Origin: Callorhinchus milii
Taxonomy: Eukaryota
DNA: 64,000 nt
Reading direction: 5' to 3'
NCBI RefSeq assembly: GCF_018977255.1
Contig: NW_024704756.1
Coordinates: 1 to 64,000, forward strand
This document shows, in pieces, positions 52,960 through 64,000 of this stretch. The notes beneath the pieces are model-generated. The model saw only the letters and a program-made list of their open reading frames with translations. It had not been told where the DNA came from and did not search any database. The translations under genes were made by a program, and so were the position numbers. The first letter of the stretch is position 1, and each line of letters starts with the position of its first letter.

Positions 52960-54665
52960 TTACAGCACAGAAGGAGGCCATTTGGCCCATTGTGTCTACG
53001 ATGGCTCATTGGAAAGAGCTATCCAATTCAATCCCACTACCCTGCTCTCTCCCCATAGCCCTGAAAACTTGTCCTCCCCAAATAGTTATCTACTTTTTCT
53101 TAAAAGTTGTTATCGAATCGGCTTCCACCAAAATTTCAGGCAATGCCTTCCAGATCCGAACAAGTCACTTTGTGAAAAAATTTCTCCTCCCCTCCTCTCT
53201 GTTTTCTTTTAACAACTAGTTTAATTCTGTGTCCTCGGGTTACCGACCCACCCGCCAGTGGGAATAGTTTCTCCTTGTTCACCCTATCGAATCCCCTCAT
53301 CATTTTGAAGACAACAACAGTAACAAAATTACGTCAGGAGGATGTCCCAAGGTGCCGCACAGCCAGGGGTCAGGATCTGAGCATGGGGGAGGGGCGGGTA
53401 AGGGGGAGGAAAGGCAGAGAGGTGGGAGGGCGACCGAAGGCATGATCAAAGGGGAGGATCTTGAGACCGGCCTTGAAGGAGCCAAGGGAGGAAGCGAGGT
53501 AAAGGAACCGTGGGATGGAGTTCCAGAGTGTGGGGGCAGAGAGGCTGAAAGCTTGGCCACCGATGGTAGGGCGGGTTGGGCGGGAGACATGGAGCAGTTG
53601 GAGCCTGATGAATGGAGGGAGCGGGCAGGTTGGTAGGGAGTCAGCAGGTCAGAGAGATAGGAGGGGGCAAGGCCATGGATGGGCTTAGAGGTGAGGACGA
53701 GGATCTTGAACTCGATCCTCTGGGGGATGGGGAGCCAGTGGAGTCGGGCGAGGGTGGGAGTGATGGGGTCACAGAGCCTGGCGCACGATAGTATATGAGC
53801 TGCAGAATTTTGGATGATCTGCAGCTTGTGAAGGGAAGACTTGGGAAGGCCGATGAGGAGGGAATTTTCATAATCTAGCCTTGATGTGACGAATGTGTGG
53901 GTGAGGTTTTCTCTATTAAATCTTCTCTGCTCCAAGGAGAATAATCCTAGCTTCTCTCGCCTCTCCTGATTACTGAAGTCCCTCATTCAAGGTACCATCC
54001 TGGTAAATCTACTTTGCTCCCTCTCCAATGCCTTGACATCCTTCATGCCCAGAACTGAACACAGTCTCTCGCTGAGGCCTAACCAATGTTTTATAAAGGT
54101 TCATCATAACTTCCTGACTTTTGTATTCTATGTCCCTATTTATAAAGCCTAGTATCCCATATGTTTTTTTAACAGTTTATCTTCCACCTTCAAAGATTTA
54201 CTTACATGAATGCCCAGGTCTCTCTGTTTCTTCACCCCCTTTAAGTTTTTACTTGCTTACATTGCCTCTCTTCATTTTTCCTACCAAAATGAATCACTTT
54301 GTATTCCTCCACATTAAACTTCAGCTGCCACATATCTGTCAATTTTACCAGTCTGTCTATGTCCATTTGCAGGCTGCTACTATCCTCATCCCTGTTTAGT
54401 ACTTTTTCTAATTTAATGTCATCTGCAACCTTGGAAATTGTACTCCCTATACCCAAGTCCAGGTCCTCTATATTGATCAAAAACAGCAGTGGTGCCTGGG
54501 GGACACCACCTCCGGTCAAAAATACAACCATTCACCACCACTCCCTACTTTATGTCTCCCAGTCAGTTCTGTATCCACTGCCACTGTCCCTTTTATACCA
54601 TGGGCTTCCATTTTGCTTACAAGTCTCTTATGTGGCACTTTTCAAACGTGTGACACTTTATCAAA
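52960..54665 (-). mobile_element. CR1 3' fragment containing a nested L2 fragment (about 53311-53909)
   Basis: CR1 motifs ([16 protein letters not shown]) split by L2 motifs ([19 protein letters not shown]). Confidence 0.85.
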
Positions 54666-54688
54666 TGACAAAGTAGTGAGAGGTGTTG

Positions 54689-54735
54689 GATAGCATGGTC
54701 AAGCAGTCTAAGGCACTGGATTTAGGTTCCAGCTT
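54689..54735 (+). pseudogene. tRNA-Leu(TAG) 5' half
   Basis: TAGCATGGTCAAGCAGTCTAAGGCACTGGATTTAGGTTCCAG matches tRNA-Leu with CpG decay; truncated. Confidence 0.65.
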
Positions 54736-55304
54736 ATGACCTTTTCATCTTGTACAAATACTGTATCAGAATTGTTTACTGAACAGAAACAGTTGTGTGT
54801 AGAATGCTACCAAGATGATTCCATCTTCCACTGATTCCACCAGCAGCCAAAGTTTTTTTGTCCATGAGACAATACCCTGAGATGTGATATTATCAATGGC
54901 CATTTGATCACTTTCAATCCAGCCAAAGTTAGCTTCACTCCTCCAGCTTCATCAATTCCATTCAATGCCAAGAGTCAAATCTCTTCTGCCTATCATTTGT
55001 ACTTGAAATCCAAATGCATGCAGAAGAAAAGAGGTAGCAAGTCATTGAATTTCCAAGGAAAGGCTGTTCCCTTTCAGCACTAAGAACTACATGAGGAATA
55101 TTTTGGAATATTTTGAAAACAAAGACACCAGAACTGATCAACAAATTCAATTTTGCAATATTTCTTTATAAAGCGTTGGAGCTCAGCATGAAAAAAAGGA
55201 AGTGATTTCCCCCAAGTATGTTTGATTATATATTGTCTTTATGTGGCCTGCAAAAATGTTGATTTGTTTGGAAATCAGGAGCTCTTTTCCTACAAAAGGT
55301 TCAA

Positions 55305-55375
55305 TGCATTGGCCGGAAATCGAACCCAGGTCTCCCGCGTGGCAGGTGGGAAATCTACCATTGAACCACCAAAGC
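55305..55375 (-). tRNA. tRNA-Gly(GCC), probably a pseudogene
   Basis: 71 nt, GCTTTGGTGGTTCAATGGTAGA...CTGCCAC...GGTTCGATTTCCGGCCAATGCA; several stem mismatches; short T run downstream. Confidence 0.82.
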
Positions 55376-56153
55376 ATCTGGAGATATTTATATTTCTCAG
55401 GGTAAAAATGTCACACAGAACATAATGTATTTGGATTTTATAAGTTGCACAAAATTCGGTCAGTTGGTGTAATTTCATGGATTTAGTCCAATCCCACTGC
55501 CACCAGAGAACAGAATTGCTGCTCTGATGATCTAGTGTTGCGATGAGTGTACAATACCAGTGTTCAGTTATATATCCCTTGGAAGTGTGGTGTCAGTGCC
55601 TTAGGATGTCCTCCCAACGTGAAAGGCGATATAGAAATGTAATCTTGTTGTTGTTGTTGTCCTGTAGCTCAACGGTTAAATTGCTTGCCTTGCAAGCAAT
55701 TGCTTCCCTGGGAGGGTGAAACATAGGCAAGTTTCCTTACTTCACACACCTCTGTTTACCTAGTAGTAAGTAGGAACCAATTGGTGGATCACTTTTTGGG
55801 GGGTAATAATCCATTAAAATAATTTTTAAAAATAATAATCCTAACCATTTATTCACTGAATCCACGACTGTTTGTGGGACACTGCTGTATGAAATTGGTT
55901 GCCGTATATCACCCACAATGGCCTGTATGGTCAATACACTTTACAGTTTATTCTATGAAGCACATTAAGACATATAGAAAACATGATGGAGTTATAACAA
56001 ATGCAAATTTTATTATTTTATTATTACAGATATCAGGAGCTGAATCATGATGGTTATTTTGTGAAATATTATTTAATTTAGACATTAGTCTGTGCAAATT
56101 TGCTGCCACTTTCGCTTAGAAATAAACAGTAAATCCTGTGAAAGAGTTGAGAT

Positions 56154-56466
56154 ATAATAATCCTTGCATTTGATATAGCACTTTTCACGTCTTCTCGACA
56201 TCTCAAAGCGGTTCACAGAATATACTGTAAAGTGAATTGACTGTATATTTGTGGGCGAACGCAGCAGCCAATTGCGCACAGCAATGCCACACAAACAGTC
56301 GTGGATTGAAAATGACCAATTTATTATTGTTTTGGTTTGGAGGGATTATTATTAGGCTCTGTGTGGAGTAAGGAAACTTGCCCAAGGTTTCGCCCTCTGC
56401 CTGGAATTGAACTCAGGTCTCTCGCTTGCAAAGCGAGTGCTCTAACCACTGAGCTACAGGACTCCA
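56154..56466 (-). mobile_element. tRNA-derived SINE, full length
   Basis: Same family. Confidence 0.92.
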
Positions 56467-56887
56467 ATCAAGTCCAGGATGAAAACGATGAGTTTTACAC
56501 ACAGATAAACAGAGATGGTCACATTGTGCTGCTTCATACCGGTGAGTCAGATTCCCCGATGCTGTGGATGATGTTAATGTGAATGATTAGCTGTGGCTGT
56601 GCTGATGCTGACTCTGCTGCCTGGGGGCTACAGTGGCTCAGTAATGACACTGAATATCAGGCCGTGTTGCAGGTATTCAGAACCGCTGGCTACAGCCGGC
56701 TTTCCCTGCACAGGACGCAATATGCAGCTGACATCTTCCAGCCCTATCTACTACAGTCCAGCCCCGACCATCACTGCCCATCACAAACACATCTCAATCC
56801 TGGGGGGAAAGCAAAAAATGAAACCCTGGGCACAATTGCTGAGCGGAAATCAAATTAAAACTGGGTTACTAGCTGAGGGTTTTCCTT

Positions 56888-57516
<629 letters not shown>

Positions 57517-57520
57517 TTAC

Positions 57521-57547
57521 CTGCACAGTGGGGAATCATTTTCCTCT
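57521..57547 (-). pseudogene. 27-bp mini-exon upstream of B30.2
   Basis: ttttcag|AGAGGAAAATGATTCCCCACTGTGCAG|gtaaga; phase-compatible with the B30.2 exon. Confidence 0.6.
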
Positions 57548-60186
57548 CTGAAAACAAGGAGAGGTGGTCAGGTCTCTGACAGCTGCCAGTCAATATGAGC
57601 AGCTTTCCCAGGTTGACTTACACTGAGTGAGGACACGGAACTCCTCTGTCCTCACACTGTTCATGATTAATCAATTAATGTGATGCTCAATATTAAATAA
57701 AGAAAGAATTTGCTGTAGAAATTGCAGAGAGATGTAGAAACGACTGGGCCACAATCATGGACTGGGATCAAGGTCCACTGAGAGGCCACACAGTAAGCTA
57801 TTAGTGCAATGTGACCAGGGAACAGGAGGTTTCTCATCTGACAAGGAATAAGGAAGAAAATGCAGTGGGAAGGAAGGCAGGTGAGAGGATGGGAACATTA
57901 GCAAACAGCGACTGTAACATAATTAGCTACCGCTTCCATCTCTTCCCTATTCTCCCACATGGAAACTCATGCTTGTTCCCTTGATCACATCAACACCCCT
58001 CTACTGAACACCAAGATATACCTGGTTTGTCAACCTCCAGACTCTACGCTGACATTGTTCACACTGCTTTTAAAATTGATAATATTAAAAGTTTCTCAAA
58101 AACTAACAAAATATTTAAGTTATGTTGTGCCTTTTAAGTTGGGAGGACTGCCCAGGGTTATTATCCTAGATGTAGGTGTGAGCCAAGGTGAAAGACTGGA
58201 GGTCTAGTCAAAGAAGATGATGATGAAGAAATATCACCTTCCCTCACCAAATCATCAACAGAGTCTGTCTCTATCATTTTACTTGGCAGGAGGTTCCACA
58301 TCCCAATAACTCTGTCTCTAAAAAAACAGGCGAGACTGGTAAACCTTGGAGACTCTAGGATTGAGTTCCAGAAAGTCAGGCAGATAAGCTTAAAGCCCAA
58401 TTGCCAATTGGGAGGTGGGTAGAGTGTGAAACATGAAGTAGATTGGAGCCTAGTGAGAGGAGGATGTAGGTGGTATTGTAAGTTTTGAAAAACTAGCCCA
58501 TGGTGGGATTAGGCCAAGGATGTTAAACCTGATCGATGGGGAGCCAGTGGAGCCAGGTTAGGATGGCAGCATGGACACGGAGAACCCAATGTGGGGACCA
58601 GACATGTGTGGCAGAGTTCTAGATAGCATACAGTGAAGAGAAGAATTCAGCAGTCCAGCAAAATATTTAACCAAGCTTGGCGCGATGAACCATGGATTGC
58701 CTTGGCAGCCTCCCTTGATCCTTCATCTTTCCAACTTCTAACCTGCCCTTCTTCTCTAAGGTCCTGAAGTGATTAGTTGCCTCATGTCCTCAGTCTTTCC
58801 TCTCCAAGAACTCATTCTAAAACAACCCCGTCGATCTGTCTTTCACCCATCCATAGCATTAACATCCTCATAGCCTTCTTTCCTTTTATGCCTTCTTTTA
58901 TTCCATGATCCCTCTTTTTTCTTTGATATAGTTCACCCCTCTTCTCTGCTCACCTCAGGTAGGGAAGTGCCAGGGTATGAACGGATTTGTAGACGAGTGA
59001 GAGGATATTAAAATCAATCCGTTCTGTGATAGGGATCTAGTGGAGTCTGACAAAGACAGGTGTAATGGGAGTACAGAATTTAATGTAGGTCAGTACACAC
59101 CCTGTGGAGTTCTATTTGGAATTATAGGCAAATAATAACATTTTGAAAAAAATTGTTCTTAAATATTTGAAGGACTTATTTAATTTATCAATTATTTGTG
59201 TTTCGGTTTCCAAGCACTATTTGAAATAATCATGGAAATTTAGCAATCTAAGTAAATGCTGACTGAATTTTAAAGAATATAGCAACTACATTTCCTCATC
59301 ACCAGCAGTCAATTGCTGCCTATTGCAAACCATGCATTTGGTATAGCGCCTTATCATGATATTAAGCCACCTAAAATTGCCTGTGAAATGTACCATGGGA
59401 AACTGTAGGAAAACTTGGCAGCCAATTTGCTCACAGCAGTAAGCAATAAGCAAGTATCACGTGAAGACTATATTTCTCAGGGAGATTGTTGGCCAGGACA
59501 CCGAGAGAATCTCCACGTTCTTACAGAATCATGTCTTTCGACAAAAATAATCATGTGGACCCTCGGTGTAGTCTCTCATCCGAACGACTGAACTTCCAAA
59601 AATTATCGCTAACCTCATGCTTTTCCAGCTGCCATCATCAATTCTCTCATCGCTCCCAAGTGCCAAATTAATATACCTTTCGGTCTTGTACAACTCACTC
59701 GCCTGTGGAGTCGTGGTTACTTCAATTTTTAAATTTTCACCTGAAGCTCACCTTGCAAGTGCTTCTTCCACAGCTAGGTCTTTTTCTTCTGGTGTCAATG
59801 CTATTTTGTAATAAGTATTTCTAGCAAACCAAATTTTAACACCGTTGTAAATTAGGTTAACACGCCTTTGTTTACCTTGCAGTGAATAGGAACCTGGTTG
59901 TTATTTGATTGGCGGATTGCTTTTTGGGATGTAATTATCCCTTCAAAAAAATTATTTCAATCCACAACTATTTTGGGGTCGCTTCTGTGCACAATTGGCT
60001 ACTTCATTTCACAATATATTCTATGAAGCACTTGAAGACGTCTCAATGACATGATAAGGGGCTATGTCAATTGGAAAGATTATTATTTTTATTATTATTG
60101 ACCTCAATTCGAGGCCCCGATTGTCGAAACTATAGTCTGAATTTCATCAACTGAATCTGATGTTGTTTATGATTTATTTCTTGTAG

Positions 60187-61030
60187 TTAATTTGGTGACC
60201 ATTGTGATCCTGTGCCAAGAAAGTGTGGTCTCTCCACATGAATCACTCACTACCTGGTGGCCATGGCAATGGCAGACCTGCCGGTGGTGATCACTGATTT
60301 GATATGGAAGCGCATTTGGGATACCTATTTTCGGCAATTTAATTTGCTGAACCTGACTCCTATCTGTAGTATCCATGCGGTGCTGTTTAATTAACCGCCA
60401 CCTGTTCTGTCTCATTCATCATCGCTTTCACCTTTGATCGATATGTAGCAATTTGTTGTCAGAAACTGAAAACCAGATATTGCACAGGGAAAACAGCAGC
60501 TTTGGTCATTGGGTCGATCTGTGTGTTCAGCTGTGTGATCAGCATACCCTGGTACCTTGAGTTGGAACCGCTGTTTATAATTAACAACATGCCTTAGTTT
60601 TGTGTTGTGAAACCAAGTTATTATTATTCATGGTTATGGACTGCGTTTCAGTTGTTTCACTGCATTTTAACGCCCTTTTCCCATTTGTTCTCATTTTACT
60701 GCTCAATGTTCTGACCATCAGATACATTTTAGTGAGCAATGCTGCACGTAGAAGGCTCCAAGGCCACAGCGATGGGGAGAATCAGAATGATCCAGGGATA
60801 CAGAATCGTAGAATATCCATCATTTTGCTCTTTACATAACTGGGAGTTTTATAACGTATGTTCAATATCAAATCGAATATGTGCTTTTGGATTTCTTTGG
60901 TCCCTCGGGTACAGTCCTAAAAGTCGGAGAAATGCTTCGGCTTTTCAGCTGCTCTACAAACACACGTATTTATGCTTTGACACAGACCAAATTCAGAAAA
61001 CACCTGAAGAATATGGTGAAATATCCATTT
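60187..61030 (+). pseudogene. GPR139-like GPCR pseudogene (exon 2)
   Basis: ag|NLVTIVILC..KCGLS*ITHYLVAMA, FTFDRYVAICCQKLK, QNRRISIILLF, TNTRIYALTQTKFR; stops and frameshifts. Confidence 0.9.
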
Positions 61031-62435
61031 TACCAAAAGAACTCGAGGGGCAGACCCGTCACTGAGAGCACAGATTCTTCCCAAACTCAGCTACTATTAA
61101 CCCAGCAAGCCCAAATCCTGAATCCACGATGATAATCCTGGAAAAACAGCAGGAAATCTTGTCAGACAGAGTTTTCAAAGGCTCCCTAGGCATCTTTAAT
61201 TTTTAGTTATTAGCTGTTTCATTATTTAGTTATATAGCAGTCACTCAGTTGACCGATAATATCCAGTGGTGTCCTGCAAATCAGTGGTTAGATCACTCAC
61301 CTTGCAAGCGAGACACCTGGGTTCAATTCCCGGCAAGGAGAAACCTTGGTCAAGTTTACTTACTCTATACACACCTGATAATAATCCCTCATAAAAAAAA
61401 TGGTAACTTCTATCCACAACTATTTGTGAGACACTGTTCTGCACAACTGTCACTTCACTTTACAGTATATTCTGCGAAGTGCTTTGAGAGTCTAGAAAAA
61501 GTGATCAGGTGCTATATCAAATGCTATAGACTGCCACAGATGGCTGGCGCCATTCCCACATTCCATTGCCAAACAAGTCAACTTGGAGTCAATTCAACTC
61601 CAAGGTCACCTGCTTACCTCAACCCAAAGATGAGAGTTACTAGTTGATCATTCGACATATGACAAGTGCAGGTTTTAGCCTCACTAGGTGGACATTAGCT
61701 ACAAGAAATTTCTTACGAGCTTCCCAGTGGGCAATGCATCTCAGCATCAAATGTGTGAGATACAATTTGCACCTATTGAAACAGCACAGGCCCTTATCTG
61801 TTTAATTTTACTCAGTCCCTTACTCCCCACCCCCCAACATCTAGACAAATTCACCCCACCACCGAGCTGATTAATGTAGAGGATTGTCAGCCAGGAAACA
61901 GCAAAACAGAAATTCCATTACCTTAGCCTTTCGTATCATAAGATATTTAAATTCTCTTACAGGTATGGGTATATTGCCCAGCCCAGGAGGAGAGGATTTA
62001 TGTTAGTGCTGGCTAACTCTTGGACCCTTTCTTTAATGTGCCATTCAATGCCTATAAATTACATCTAATTAAACTGTACATTAAAGTTCCATTGTTTAAT
62101 GTGCAGTTGAATAGATACAATTTGGACCTATTGAAACACAAAAGATCCGAAGCTGCTAAGGTTTGCCCCTCGCGAGAGGACACGTTTTTGATTCCCGGCC
62201 GGTAGAAACCTTAGGCACGTTTCCTTAGTCCACACGCCTGTTTCCCGAACAATAAATATGAACCCGGTTGTTAGTCAATTGTCGGATTGCTTTCTGGGGG
62301 GAATAATCCACTGGATGGATGGATGGATGGATGGATGAATGAATGAATGAATATGCATGCATGCATGCATGCATGCTCACTCATTCTATAACTGAGTATG
62401 GGAAACTCCCGTGTATATTTGGCTGCTGCGCTTCA

Positions 62436-62704
62436 ATAATAATAATAATCCTTGCATTTGATATAGCGCTTTTCACGTGGGGAGGGCGTCCCAAAGCGCT
62501 TCACAGAATATACTGCAAAGTGAATTGACTGTATATTTGTGGGCAAACGCGGCAGCAATGTCCCACAAACAGTCGTGGATTGAAAATGACCAATTTATTA
62601 TTGTTTTTGGTTTTGGAGGGATTATTATTAGGCTCTGTGTGGAGTAAGGAAACTTGCCCAAGGTTTCGCCCTCTGCCTGGAAATGAACCCAGGTCTCTCA
62701 CTTG
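62436..62704 (-). mobile_element. tRNA-derived SINE, 5'-truncated
   Basis: Same family; head ends at the anticodon-like region. Confidence 0.88.
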
Positions 62705-64000
62705 TGTGAAGCACTTTGTGACATCTGAATGTCATGATAAAGCACTATATCAAATGCAAGGATTATTATTGTCAGCTACAATATCAGGAGCATTTTTTGA
62801 GTGCTCTTGACGCCTGACTCTCAGCTGTTGGGGTTGGGGTGGCGGGTGAGGTAACTGAAAACAGGGACAAAAAGGATGATTTTGAGGAGGGACTTGAAAA
62901 ATGGGAGAGAGGAGAGCAAAGCAGAGGCATTGAGGGAGATACAAGGTGGAATAAATACCTGACTTCCAGTGGTGGAGCAGAGGGTCACAGGGGCCAACCA
63001 GGAGGCCAGTGTCGGTCGAGTGGAGGGGACGGTTGGTGAATTGGGGAATAAGCAGGTTGAGAAATCACAACCTTCTGATTGAGAGGTGAAAGGGTTTCCA
63101 GTCTGTTTCAACTACATCACCTGACTGTTAAGGCTGTTAGCAATGGTGTCGCTTAGAATTGAAATTTGGGTGGATGAGCAATGACCAAGGAGGAATGGGG
63201 GAGGGGCATGCTGGTGTGTCATCAGTGGATCATTTATCAATATTTTAAACTAATTTTGTTGTTAATGGGCCACTAAGCTCCAGGTGAACTCCTGTAGTAA
63301 AGGTACCTTCACTTGTATGTCCAAACCCTGTCTTGCACTGAGTTAGCTTAGGTCATTGACTGGGGAGGACAGGTTTGCAGGGTTATGGAGAGAGAGCAGG
63401 GAATTGGTTTGATCAGGGCTGTGGGGAAAGAGAGGGGTACTTGGTTTTTTCATGGAGGGAGCTATATAAATGCTAAAAGTTGTTGTTGTTGACCACACAA
63501 GGAGATCCTACCTTTTCTATTGGAAGCTTGGGGCTGGAGGGAAGTGTTGACCTTTGACATATTTCTTGCTGAGTTTTTCTGCTCACCATGATATTGGTAG
63601 GGAGTTTAGTGTATCTTCTCTCCACCCAGTAAGGGCTCAAAGTTCTACTCTGAAGCCACATTACACCCGTGTGTGTTTCCCCTTTGGTGAGGCTTGTCTG
63701 GGGTCTCTCTCAAGCTGAGCTGCCTGCAAGGAAACAATGTCAGAATGAGTAGGCTGCTCTCGGGTGTTCAGTTCCTCAGCCTGGGAGATCCACGGTGCTC
63801 CAGGGCACCGCTGGTGTCAGACTTGAACAGCCGGAGTTGTCAGCGCACCTCTCACTGGGAATACACGTTCTTCCTATTTTGGTGTTCCTGTTAACCCAGT
63901 GACGCAAAGTCTTTATGTGTTGGGTTTTGCTATGAGGACATGCAGCTTGAAGCTTGCTAGATGGAGCTTTCAATGGTAAGCTTTACAGTTTTTAACTGGT

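Noticed and set aside
59464-59485. AAGACTATATTTCTCAGGG resembles the U3 snoRNA 5' end
   Set aside because: Only about 20 nt; no downstream U3 boxes.
59752-59820. Possible extra minus-strand butyrophilin cytoplasmic exon
   Set aside because: Splice-like ends are present, but there is no recognisable homology and the expected phase contains a stop.

Overview
Repeat-rich vertebrate genomic DNA, probably from a cartilaginous fish (inferred from the tRNA-derived SINE family, abundant CR1/L2 LINEs and a GPR139-like receptor family). One intact gene is visible: a two-exon orphan class A GPCR on the minus strand (16206-19364). The window also holds two GPCR pseudogenes, three disabled CEACAM-like IgC exons, a disabled butyrophilin/TRIM-type B30.2 exon pair and about nine decayed tRNA genes. 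There are two defective endogenous retroviruses. The first is on the minus strand (1-5322): tRNA-Ser primer site, coiled-coil Gag, tether plus separate RNase H, and three minisatellites grown out of its coding sequence. The second is on the plus strand (41160-51401): tRNA-Gln primer site, a 2H (CNPase-like) phosphodiesterase domain between protease and RT, reciprocally deleted LTRs, and a nested LTR-in-LTR inverted repeat in the integrase. All calls were made by eye, without database searches.
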